This document shows positions 47,537-56,678 of a stretch of DNA of 64,000 nucleotides, piece after piece (the stretch's first letter is position 1; every line of letters begins with the position of its first letter). Made by a program: the position numbers and the translations under genes. Source of the DNA: an uncultured delta proteobacterium (GTDB lineage Bacteria > Myxococcota_A > Polyangia > Polyangiales > Polyangiaceae); contig CAVOKF010000003.1 of the NCBI GenBank assembly GCA_963696385.1, positions 448,001-512,000 on the forward strand. Reading direction: 5' to 3'. Under the pieces are notes generated by a model. That model did not search any database. It was not told where the DNA came from and worked only from the letters and a program-made list of their open reading frames with translations.

Positions 47537-47887
47537 CTACGCGGGACGATCGACCCCTTCTTCGCTGCGCTCACCCGTTCCGTTTCGAACGGCTTCGACG
47601 ACGTCGGATATGAACACGGTATTGTCATGCCCGTCGCCGATTCCTGGCATCGTCTCCAATACCTCAAGGATACCGGGGACAACATCATCCTGAACCATCA
47701 TCACGACCTCGACCTTGGACGTGAAGTCCACGACGTACGACGATCCCCGGTAAACTTCGCGCCGGCCAGTTCCTCGGTCAAAGACCTTGGCCTCGCGTAC
47801 GGTCATGCCCAGGATGCCGGCTTCCGCGAGGGCGTCCCTAAGCTCATCAAGCTTCTCGGGAGGCATGATCACCTCGACGCGCTTCAT
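47537..47887 (-). CDS. P-II family regulator, divergent
   Basis: MKRVEVI, GMTV, EVYRGSSYVVDF, VRNGTGERSE. Confidence 0.85.
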   Translation of the reverse strand: MKRVEVIMPPEKLDELRDALAEAGILGMTVREAKVFDRGTGRREVYRGSSYVVDFTSKVEVVMMVQDDVVPGILEVLETMPGIGDGHDNTVFISDVVEAVRNGTGERSEEGVDRPA

Positions 47888-48269
47888 GGCGTTTCCGCGG
47901 TGCGTCCAAGATGCCGTAGCGCGTCCAGCGGCCTGCGGCCTTTCGGCCTTGGATGCATAGGGCAATCGATGCAACGGCAACATGGTGGCCTCGCTCTCGG
48001 CGAGAATTGTAACCGGCGCAAACTAAATATTCGCTAAACGCCTTTCGAATGCGTTCCGTCTGCGACGATCCTCCAGCGAGCGTCGCTGGGCGGCGGGTCC
48101 CCTCCCCCGAGCGCTCGTCCCCGCCGATCCGCTCCAGCGCCGACCGCAGACGGGATCGCCGGCCGACCGTTTGCGAGGCGCTTCGCGTCATCCGCGACCC
48201 CAGACCCCTGGAACCTGCCATCCTAAGGGTTCCGGCCGTCGGCGTACGATGCGGGCTCAGGCCATCCTG

Positions 48270-48803
48270 CTAAGGGTTCGGCCGTCGGCGTACGATGACC
48301 TCGACGTCGCGCGCCCTCGACCGCTTCGTCGCCGCGGCCTGCCTCTGCGGGGTGAGCTTGGACTGCGACGCGGGCTTCGGGGCGGGCGCAGTCGGATGCC
48401 TTGCCGTCATCGACGGGGGCACTCCCTTGCGCGCCGCCTTGGCTTGCTTCGCTGCAATGAGGGCGGCATGCGCGAGTTGCCGATCGGCCCTGCGCTGCGC
48501 GGCCGCGGCCACCTGTGCGGCTTCGCGCTGGGCGTGTTGCGCGCGCTCCTCCGCGAGGCGCGGCAGCATCGGGACGATCGCGGCCGTCGCATCCTCGATC
48601 GAGTAGAGCCGCGGCGACGTCCGGACGAACCGCACTCGTTCGGCGAGCTCGTGGCGCAACAGGGTGTTCAACGTGTTTCTCGAAATGCCCAGGATCTTGG
48701 CGATCTCGGCTTCGGTCGCGAGCTCGGCGCCAGCGGCGATGAGTCCATGAGGGTCGCGATCGCGCGGGGGGACGTTCGTCGTCGTCATGGCTTCGGCTCC
48801 CAT
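48270..48803 (-). CDS. HTH plus coiled-coil plus basic-tail protein
   Basis: TEAEIAKILGISRNTL..RLYSIED; Ala/Gln helix; tail [12 protein letters not shown]. Confidence 0.7.
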   Translation of the reverse strand: MGAEAMTTTNVPPRDRDPHGLIAAGAELATEAEIAKILGISRNTLNTLLRHELAERVRFVRTSPRLYSIEDATAAIVPMLPRLAEERAQHAQREAAQVAAAAQRRADRQLAHAALIAAKQAKAARKGVPPSMTARHPTAPAPKPASQSKLTPQRQAAATKRSRARDVEVIVRRRPNP

Positions 48804-49013
48804 AGTGGCATGAGAGATTCGATCCTCGGTACGTCTACGGGCGGTAGCGCGAATTCGACGCACCACGTTGCGATACGAATCTTTTCGTCAAAGGACGACA
48901 CACTCTCACGCTTTCTGGCCGGTGGCCCCAAGCGTAGTCGCGACCGACCGCGGCGGCGACCTCGATCCGCACAATCGCGGGCCGGGATGCGGATTCTCTG
49001 CGCGGAGGCACAT

Positions 49014-49087
49014 TTTTCTCGGAGTAGGCGACTTGAACGGGGCGAGTGCCTTTTCTCGGAGTAGGCGACTTGAACGGGGCGAGTGCC
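49014..49087. repeat. Perfect 37-bp tandem duplication
   Basis: TTTTCTCGGAGTAGGCGACTTGAACGGGGCGAGTGCC twice. Confidence 0.95.
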
Positions 49088-49139
49088 CCCGCGGGGACGA
49101 TGGATCTCGACGCCGCCTCGCCTCGACCGTTCGGGGGCT

Positions 49140-49445
49140 CGCGCGAACCCGCTCGTCGACGCTGAACTCACCGCGATGGCGACTGCCGCACTGAAGATCT
49201 GCATGACGCGCTTGACGAGTTCGTGCAGTCGGCCGACGAGGTCGCCGACCCGGTCCTTGGCTGCGACGACGGAGTCGACCAGGGTTGCGCGGCCATCCTC
49301 TACGCCGTGACGGTGCCCATGTCCAAGCACCTGGGCCAGATGCTGACCGGACTGCGGGTATCTCGAGCGCATTGCCGACCATGCGACCAACATCGCGGAG
49401 CAGGTCATTTTCATGATCCGAGCGGACGACGTTCGCCACGGGCAG
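49140..49445 (+). pseudogene. PhoU C-terminal remnant
   Basis: DALDEFV..DDGVD; IADHATNIAEQVIFMIRADDVRH across frameshifts. Confidence 0.75.
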
Positions 49446-49559
49446 TGGCAATCTTTGGCGGGGCCGAGGTCTCGCTGATTGGAAACGATCGATCGGATCG
49501 CTATCGATGCCGAGCGGGGGGCGACGTGTGCGGGCCGTCGGAGCTCGATTCGTCATTCA

Positions 49560-52001
49560 TTACGGGATCGGCGGTCGCCGCGCTCCGGCTCCGCCCGGAA
49601 AAGGCGGTGGTGGCGCGGCGTGACGAACGACGTAAATCGGGTTCGTGAACGCAAGGGGGGCAATGGGGACGAACGGAAGCACGTCGGTCATCGGCCGCAG
49701 GCCGCGGGCGATCACCATCGCCCATCCGTTGCCCGGTCCCACGACCACGTCCAGGTCGCGGTCGAACCGGATCGTGCGTGCTCGTGCCTCGTCAAGTGTC
49801 CCGGCCTCGGGTCCGATGACGGTCGGCCGAGTCGGCACATCGAAGGTTTGCGCGATGGTCCATCCCCCGCCGATCTGTCCCACCACGACCTGCACGCTCG
49901 TCACATCGACCCACGGCGCGGCGCGCACGCGCAGATGACCGTGGATCGGATCTTCCGGGGTCGCGATCTCGTCGCCGGGGCTTGCACTTTGGAGTACAAA
50001 CTCGATGAGGGGTCCACTGGTGACGGTCGCGTGACCTTTTTTCAAGCTGGTCACCACGTCGAGCGGATCGGCGGGTAGCGCGTCGGACGCTGGCAGCGAG
50101 TCGACCGCGACCATCGTTCTTGGGTATCCTGCCCACTGATATTGAATTCGGTGCGAGTCGCTGCTGCCCGTTGCCGTATACCGCCAGCCGAAGTCGAGCA
50201 GGGCCCAATAATCGCGCAATACCTGATCCACTCGGTCGGGCTCCGCGCTGTCAAATCCATTGTACACTTCGATTCCGTCGAAGTCGACCCGACTTCGGAT
50301 GAGCGACCGCGGTCCGTGAGGGTCGAATCCGATGTTGTCGAAGTAACCAATGCCGCCAGGGAGCCTTGGATGGTTGAGCTGAAAATAGCGACGGTTGTCG
50401 CTTCGCACCGCGCGAAAAATTGCGGACATCGTAGTGTGCTTGAAGGGCGGAACGCGCGCGGCCGGCGAGAACGGAAATACCCCGAAGTGACCAAAACCAA
50501 CATTGTACGTCGTCACTTCAACCCCGGGAACAGACATGAACTCGTGGCCGAGATCGAGTGTATCAATGGCCGATGAGTAATCGCCGACGCGATTGTGCTC
50601 GGTGGGAACTGCGAAATCGATCCCGGCGGCGGCCAACGACAGTACGCGGTCCTCCGGGGTCACGGGAGCGTCGAAGCTGGGACGAGCGTGCACATGCAGG
50701 TCGCAGCCCAGCGTGCCTGGGGTCGGAACGACATGACGGGGCGCCAGAATCACCTCGGCTAGGCGACCCGGGACTACGTCGACAACCTTGGCGTCCATGC
50801 TCCACTCGATTCCCTTGGTCGCCGCAATGCGATACCTGCCCGCCGGCAACGAAGTCGTGACGTCGCCGCGAAGCGAGTCGATGAGCGGCCCGGCTCCGGA
50901 AGCGCGATAGTCCGGGCCGAAATTGGGGTCGACGCTGCCGTCCAGGCCATGAAAGAGAAGACGCGCGGTGAGAGGAGCACCCGTGTCGGCATCCACCACG
51001 GCAACATGGATGTCGCCCGCGCGAGCTACGTCGAGAACGAGGTCGCCCCCGCCTTCCGAGGGAAATACGGTCAGCGCGCTCGCCCTTCCGGGGCCCGTCT
51101 CTGCGTACCACTGAACGACCGAGGCGGGCACCTCGAGATCGAACACGCCCCCGCTCGTGGTCAGTGCGCGGACTTGAGGGCTTCCTTGGGCGTCGCGACC
51201 CACGACGTGCGGTCGGTCGTCGGTTCCTATCACTCGCCCGCGCACGGACACGGTAGGCAGACCGCCCAACGCCGCCAGACTGCGCCAAATCCCCGCGCTC
51301 GACGCGCCGACCACCAAGTGCAATTCGGCCGAGGGATGATCGGCAGCGGTAGCCGCCGGGCTGCGGACCGCCACCCGCATGGGCTCGCCCGGACCCAAGC
51401 TTTCCTCGGAAATGGTCTCGACCCCCACAGGGCCTACGGACGAGGCAATCGCGAGCGGATGAGGCTCGAGCTCGACCAGCAGGGCGTTTCCTGAAACCGT
51501 CGCGCGCTCGGAGACTCGGCCGACCCCCGAGACAAAGATGCCCGCGGCGTCACTCGCCATCTCTGCCCGGAGGGCGAACCGGTGCGTCCGGGCTTCGGGC
51601 CCTTGGGGCAGAGCGAGCTGAATCCGCACGGCATCATTGGCGGCATCGGTCATAATCTCCAGATCGGCGTCTGCCGTCGAACGTCCCAGCGCGATCGGAA
51701 TGCGTGCACGGACGCCGCCGGACTCCGGATGCAATGCGGCATGCTCAAGAAGAATCGGCTGCACCGCTTCGTCCACCACCACGGTCACGTCTACATCCTG
51801 GCTCAGGGCACCATCCACGCTCGCGAAGGTCAGGAGCGGGGCGTGCAAGTGCAGTGCGAATGTCGCGTTGCGGGTCGCGAATACGCGGGGCGTCCGCAGC
51901 GACGTCGTCGCTCGAGGTTGCGTCCAGCTCATCAGGCCAAACGCGACCGCTCCCGCGATGACTCCCATGGCGGCGCGTTCGACTGCGACGCGAGGTTTCA
52001 T
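49560..52001 (-). CDS. CehA/McbA-family PHP-domain metallohydrolase
   Basis: CDLHVH, TEHN, GVEVT, GHFG, NHPR, IEVYNG, GSSDSH, FTNPI. Confidence 0.88.
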   Translation of the reverse strand: MKPRVAVERAAMGVIAGAVAFGLMSWTQPRATTSLRTPRVFATRNATFALHLHAPLLTFASVDGALSQDVDVTVVVDEAVQPILLEHAALHPESGGVRARIPIALGRSTADADLEIMTDAANDAVRIQLALPQGPEARTHRFALRAEMASDAAGIFVSGVGRVSERATVSGNALLVELEPHPLAIASSVGPVGVETISEESLGPGEPMRVAVRSPAATAADHPSAELHLVVGASSAGIWRSLAALGGLPTVSVRGRVIGTDDRPHVVGRDAQGSPQVRALTTSGGVFDLEVPASVVQWYAETGPGRASALTVFPSEGGGDLVLDVARAGDIHVAVVDADTGAPLTARLLFHGLDGSVDPNFGPDYRASGAGPLIDSLRGDVTTSLPAGRYRIAATKGIEWSMDAKVVDVVPGRLAEVILAPRHVVPTPGTLGCDLHVHARPSFDAPVTPEDRVLSLAAAGIDFAVPTEHNRVGDYSSAIDTLDLGHEFMSVPGVEVTTYNVGFGHFGVFPFSPAARVPPFKHTTMSAIFRAVRSDNRRYFQLNHPRLPGGIGYFDNIGFDPHGPRSLIRSRVDFDGIEVYNGFDSAEPDRVDQVLRDYWALLDFGWRYTATGSSDSHRIQYQWAGYPRTMVAVDSLPASDALPADPLDVVTSLKKGHATVTSGPLIEFVLQSASPGDEIATPEDPIHGHLRVRAAPWVDVTSVQVVVGQIGGGWTIAQTFDVPTRPTVIGPEAGTLDEARARTIRFDRDLDVVVGPGNGWAMVIARGLRPMTDVLPFVPIAPLAFTNPIYVVRHAAPPPPFPGGAGARRPPIP

Positions 52002-52095
52002 TCGTCGAAAAACCTAATCACCGCAGGCGTTCCTCGCTCTCGGTTGGTTTTCCTTTGTGCATCGGGTCGCGCTCGTCCGGCGTCGGAAGTCCGAC

Positions 52096-53139
52096 TCAGT
52101 GGTCGTGGTGCGGGTCCGGCGTGTGGGCGTGATCGTGCTCGATTGGTTCGTGCGTGTGCTCGTGCGAGTGCGCGCCCTCTACCCGCGGATCATGGATGTG
52201 ATCGTGGTGCAGGTCATCGTGACGGTGGGCGTGCTCGTGCGTCAGCGGGCGGTGGCGATGCGGATGCGCGTGCCGTTCGGTCAGGTGGAGACCGAGACCG
52301 ACCAGCATCGGGACGAGGGCCACGCCGGTCGACCATCCACCCCATGGCTCGCCGAAGCCGATGGCGACGCCGGCGGCGATGAACGGCGCGATCGCGAAGA
52401 TCGACGCCGTACGCGCGGCCCCGACGCGGCGTTGGGCGAGCAAATACAGGCGAAGGCTCAGACCGTAGCCGGTGGCACCGCACATGAGGAGCCCGATGAC
52501 CGACGCCCTCGTCGGCGGTCGTTCGTCGAACGCGAATGCGAGGGTGGCGGACCCCAGCGCACCGAGCGACGCCTTGACGAGGACGACTTTCGCCGTGTCC
52601 AGCAAGGCGACCGCGTTCGACAAGGCGTTGTCGAGGCCCCACGCAAGCGTGGCTGCGGTGACGGCCACGAGTCCTGCGAGTTGCGCCGTTCCTTCCTGAG
52701 CGCGGCCCAGCACGAGCAGGATGCCGCCGATCGTCATCAGCCCGAGCGCCAGCGCGATGCGGCGGCCCACGTGCTCCCGGTAGAGGAGCCAGCCGAACGC
52801 GGCGGTAAACACCGCTTCGAGATTGAGCGCGAGACTCGCGCTCAAGCCACTGGTCCGCTGAAGCCCCCACGCCAGCGCTGCGGGAGCCACCACGGCTCCG
52901 GCGAACGCCATGGCCAGGAGCCGCGGCGCGTGCGATGCGCGGAGCGGTGCCTCTTCGCTGGCGCGCCGGCGCGTCACGAGAGCGACCAAGGCCGCACCGG
53001 CGTACAGGAGCGCCGCGGTCGCGAACGGACCCACGCCCCGGCCGGAGCGCTGCACGAGCGGAGTGGTCACACCGAAGCTCGCGGCCGCGAGCAGCGCCCA
53101 TCCCAAGCCGCTCCGAATGGCTCGATTGGAGGGGAACAT
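52096..53139 (-). CDS. EamA/DMT transporter with His-rich C-terminus
   Basis: About 10 TMs, LNLEAVFT, WGLDN; tail HAHPHRH..HHDH. Confidence 0.88.
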   Translation of the reverse strand: MFPSNRAIRSGLGWALLAAASFGVTTPLVQRSGRGVGPFATAALLYAGAALVALVTRRRASEEAPLRASHAPRLLAMAFAGAVVAPAALAWGLQRTSGLSASLALNLEAVFTAAFGWLLYREHVGRRIALALGLMTIGGILLVLGRAQEGTAQLAGLVAVTAATLAWGLDNALSNAVALLDTAKVVLVKASLGALGSATLAFAFDERPPTRASVIGLLMCGATGYGLSLRLYLLAQRRVGAARTASIFAIAPFIAAGVAIGFGEPWGGWSTGVALVPMLVGLGLHLTERHAHPHRHRPLTHEHAHRHDDLHHDHIHDPRVEGAHSHEHTHEPIEHDHAHTPDPHHDH

Positions 53140-53228
53140 CCTGGCTCGACCTCCGTTGCGAGCAGCGTACACCGCATCGCGTCGAGCTCCGATTCGAGGC
53201 CCTGCCCTGGTGGATTGGCGCCCTCTGT

Positions 53229-53292
53229 CACAATCGCACAATCGCACAATCGCACAATCGCACAATCGCACAATCGCACAATCGCACAATCG
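53229..53292. repeat. Simple sequence repeat (CACAATCG)8
   Basis: Eight perfect 8-bp units between the divergent EamA and MFS genes. Confidence 0.97.
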
Positions 53293-53333
53293 CGCGGACA
53301 CGTCGGCCGGTATGCCATGATGATCCATCGCGC

Positions 53334-54617
53334 GTGAGCGAGCAAGAGCGCCGAAACCGACAGGGCCCGACCGAGGTCGTCCGACCGGCACGACGGCCGT
53401 ACGCGGCCGATTGGCTGCCGACCGCCACGATGACGTTGCTGTCGCTGCTCAGCTACGTCGACCGGAACGCGCTCGCACTTCTCGCGAACACCATCCGTGA
53501 CGAGACGGGACTGAACGCTGAGCAATACGGGTGGATCATCAGCGCGTTCTCGGCGGGATACCTTATCGGGAATCCCTTCTGGGGGCGGGTGCTCGATCGA
53601 TTCGGCGTACGCGCGGGGCTCGTTGCCGCGGTCGCCCTCTGGACTCTCGCGTCGGCGTCGCACGCTTTCGCCACGACCCTGCTCGCGTTCGCGATGGCCC
53701 GCGCCATCTTGGGATTCGGCGAAGGGGCCACCTTCCCCGCTGGACTGCTCACGGCCACGAAGACTCTTGCTCTGCACTCGCGCGGTCGGGGCATCGCTCT
53801 CGCGTACAGCGGCGCCTCTCTCGGAGCCCTTGTCACGCCCATCCTGGTCACGCCCATCGCGCTTCGCTGGGGATGGCGCGGTGGGTTCCTCTTCACCGGC
53901 ATGCTCGGCGTCGCTTGGATCGTACTCTGGACCTTCGTCGCACGCGATCCGCGGCTGCACGGGCCCCGCGCGGCCCAAGCCGCCACGGTGACTGGACCAC
54001 GATTGAACCTCGGGCCTGCCGTAGGGGGCTTCATGGCCGCCTATGCGTTCGGCGGTCTGCCCATTGGCTTCGTGACGTACGGCGCCCCGATTCATCTGGG
54101 GCGGGCGCTCGGCTGCGACCAAGCGACGCTTGGGCGGGTGTTGTGGATTCCTCCGCTGGGTTGGGAGATCGGCTACCTGTTCTGGGGCTGGGTCGTCGAC
54201 CGAACCGCCCGGCGCCGTACACTCGGTGCCCACACCTTCGCCCGCCTCTTCGGGCTGCTTGCGCTGCTCGCGCTGCCGCTCGCTGCCGCACCGCTGTTTC
54301 ACGCTCGCGCGGTGGTCCTCGCCCTCCTCTTTTTCGCCATGTTCATTTCGGCCGGATTCGTCATCGCCTCGCTGGCGGAAACGACAGGCCGACACGCGGG
54401 CAAGCATGGCGCCTACATCGCAGGCCTGGGGGCCGGTGCGTGGTCGGGCCTGATGGCGCTCGCGATGCCCGTGTTTGGTCGACTCTTCAATCGGGGCGCG
54501 TACGGCGCCGCCTATGCCATTGCCGCCGTTTCGCCCCTTGTCGGGTACTTCGTCTGGAGCGCCTTCGGACGCCGTCTCGCGGTCGAATGCGGCGGACCGC
54601 AAGAAGGTCGCCGCTGA
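53334..54617 (+). CDS. MFS transporter (ExuT/ACS-like)
   Basis: LSYVDRNAL, GRVLDRFGVR, RAILGFGEGATFP. Confidence 0.9.
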   Translation: MSEQERRNRQGPTEVVRPARRPYAADWLPTATMTLLSLLSYVDRNALALLANTIRDETGLNAEQYGWIISAFSAGYLIGNPFWGRVLDRFGVRAGLVAAVALWTLASASHAFATTLLAFAMARAILGFGEGATFPAGLLTATKTLALHSRGRGIALAYSGASLGALVTPILVTPIALRWGWRGGFLFTGMLGVAWIVLWTFVARDPRLHGPRAAQAATVTGPRLNLGPAVGGFMAAYAFGGLPIGFVTYGAPIHLGRALGCDQATLGRVLWIPPLGWEIGYLFWGWVVDRTARRRTLGAHTFARLFGLLALLALPLAAAPLFHARAVVLALLFFAMFISAGFVIASLAETTGRHAGKHGAYIAGLGAGAWSGLMALAMPVFGRLFNRGAYGAAYAIAAVSPLVGYFVWSAFGRRLAVECGGPQEGRR

Positions 54618-54887
54618 CCAAGGGGCCGACGGGCGTGCCTGCGTCGGCCTTGCTTCTCAGCGCCCGACCCGTAGGCGCCCATTCGAGGGCTCAGGCGCCG
54701 TCCGCGTCTGGCTGGTGCTCCGCGTGCGCTCGCACGAACGAGGAAAGCGCGGAGCATGCTCGGTCGACTGCGCACAGCGTCGCGAACGGCTCGAGATCAA
54801 TCCCGAAGCGTCGTGCGAAGTGCATCTGCCCGTACGCCCGCGACGGCTCCTGTGAGTCCCGGACGCTTCTGCCATGTGGGTTGGAAT

Positions 54888-56678
54888 CTATCGAATGGCA
54901 AGGAAGTACGGCAGGGCACACGCCAGGCTCTCGCGTTCGGTCAGCAAGCCCAAGCTCTCGATGAACGGCGCCGCGTCGGCAAGCGGCCCAGCGAGCCTGG
55001 AGAGACCCGTCGGACCGCGCACCGCCGGCGCGCGCGATTCGCTGTCGCCGAGGAGGCGCATAATCCCGCTCGATTCCCCAGCGACGCCCACTCGGGCATC
55101 GCGACCGAGGCCGGCGGCCGAGCGGGCGCGTGCGACGGCGTCGCGCAGGCCTCCGATCTCATCGACCAGTCCCCTCCTCTGGCCTTCACGGCCGCTGAAA
55201 ATTCGTCCCTCGGCCGAAGCGGCGACCCGCTCCACCGGAATTCCCCTGCCCTCGGATACCCGAGTAAGAAATAATTGATAGATCCCCGTCATCGTATCCA
55301 GCATGCGAGCGCGCGTTTCCCGATCCCACGGCACGAAAAGCGAGTCCGACGCGGCGCGAGACGCGGCATGGGGATCGTCACGCTTCGCAGCAAAGGTCTC
55401 GGCATGCATGCCGATTTTTTCCAGTGCGCGATCTGCGGCGATTTTACCGCCGACGACTCCAATGGACCCGACAATGCTCGTTTCGTCCGCGAAGACGACC
55501 GCGCCCGTCGACGCAAGGTAGTAACCACCGCTCGCCGCCATATCCCCGATGCTCACGACGAGCGTCTTTCTGGCCCGGAGCCGCATCAGAGCGTGCCACA
55601 GCAAGTCACTCGCGAGGGCGCTACCGCCCGGAGAATCGATGCGAAGCACGATCGCTCTGACGTCTTCGTCGCGCTCGAGTCGGGCCAAGGTCCCGAGCAA
55701 CCGCCGCCCTACGATCCCATCGCCTCCACCGAGAATTCCGCCGCCGTCCATAGAAATGGCACCTGTGGCTCGCACCACAACGACCGGCGCAGACGTCATC
55801 GACTCTCCCGCGAAGGCGCGAAGCGTCTCGATCCACTCGTCCGCGCCACCCGACGTGGCGCCGTCGCCCAAGCGCACTTCGGCACGCACCGCGCCGGTTG
55901 ACTTCTCGAGTGCCGTGCGAGCGTCGTCGAAGTAGCCGACATCGTCGATGAGCCCCCGGTCCTTCGCCTCCTGAGCGGTGTAGGGGCCCGATTCGGCGAC
56001 CGACTCCACCAGCGCCGGGCGCGCGCTCCGAATCCCCTCGAGCCACGCCGCTCGCAAGTCCGCGAGCGTCGAGACAAGCGATTCTCGCGCCTCGTCGCTC
56101 GGGCCATCTCGCGTGAATGGCTCCTCCGCCCCCTTGAATTTCCCGACCTGCAGAAAGTCGACTTCGAGCCCCAGTTCGTCGGTAAGCAGCTTGTGAAAAT
56201 ACAGCGTCTGCGCGGCTAGGCCAATCGCGTCGACGCTGCTCGCTGGGGGAGCCCAAATGCGCGTGCATCCGCGCGCGGCCAGAAGGAGGGAGCCGTTGCC
56301 GTAGTCGTCGGCGTAGCACCAGACGGGGTGCTTCGTGCCCACGGCGGCAAGCGCGGCGCCGACTTCCGCTGCGCGACCGAGACCCACGCCCGCTGTGCCC
56401 AACCGAACCAGAACGCCGCGGACGTCCTTTTGGCCCTCGACAAGCTCCGCTTGCCGCACGAAGTCTTCCAACGAGGTGCCTCGCGGCGACAGGCCCAGCC
56501 ACCCGCCCGGACCCTGCTCAGGAACGCCATCAGCCAGATCGAAAACGGCAATGGCCGGACCGAACGACGGCTCGTCGCCCGCCGTCACGGACCGACCGCT
56601 CGACCGGGGCCTCCCGTCGCAAGCGGCTAGAGCCAACAGGGCCCCGAGCCGAGCGGCGCGACGAATCTCCGGTCTCAT
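54888..56678 (-). CDS. sppA: Signal peptide peptidase SppA (S49)
   Basis: GKFKGAEEP, LRIDSPGGSA, AASGGYY, VGSIGV, GLVDEIGG. Confidence 0.9.
   Translation of the reverse strand: MRPEIRRAARLGALLALAACDGRPRSSGRSVTAGDEPSFGPAIAVFDLADGVPEQGPGGWLGLSPRGTSLEDFVRQAELVEGQKDVRGVLVRLGTAGVGLGRAAEVGAALAAVGTKHPVWCYADDYGNGSLLLAARGCTRIWAPPASSVDAIGLAAQTLYFHKLLTDELGLEVDFLQVGKFKGAEEPFTRDGPSDEARESLVSTLADLRAAWLEGIRSARPALVESVAESGPYTAQEAKDRGLIDDVGYFDDARTALEKSTGAVRAEVRLGDGATSGGADEWIETLRAFAGESMTSAPVVVVRATGAISMDGGGILGGGDGIVGRRLLGTLARLERDEDVRAIVLRIDSPGGSALASDLLWHALMRLRARKTLVVSIGDMAASGGYYLASTGAVVFADETSIVGSIGVVGGKIAADRALEKIGMHAETFAAKRDDPHAASRAASDSLFVPWDRETRARMLDTMTGIYQLFLTRVSEGRGIPVERVAASAEGRIFSGREGQRRGLVDEIGGLRDAVARARSAAGLGRDARVGVAGESSGIMRLLGDSESRAPAVRGPTGLSRLAGPLADAAPFIESLGLLTERESLACALPYFLAIR

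Noticed and set aside
33134..49560. Matching att (tRNA 3' fragment) closing the second island
   Set aside because: I found no copy of the tRNA 3' end by eye, so the right boundary is left approximate.
49014..53292. CRISPR array from the 37-bp duplication or the 8-bp repeat
   Set aside because: No spacers between units and no cas genes in the window.
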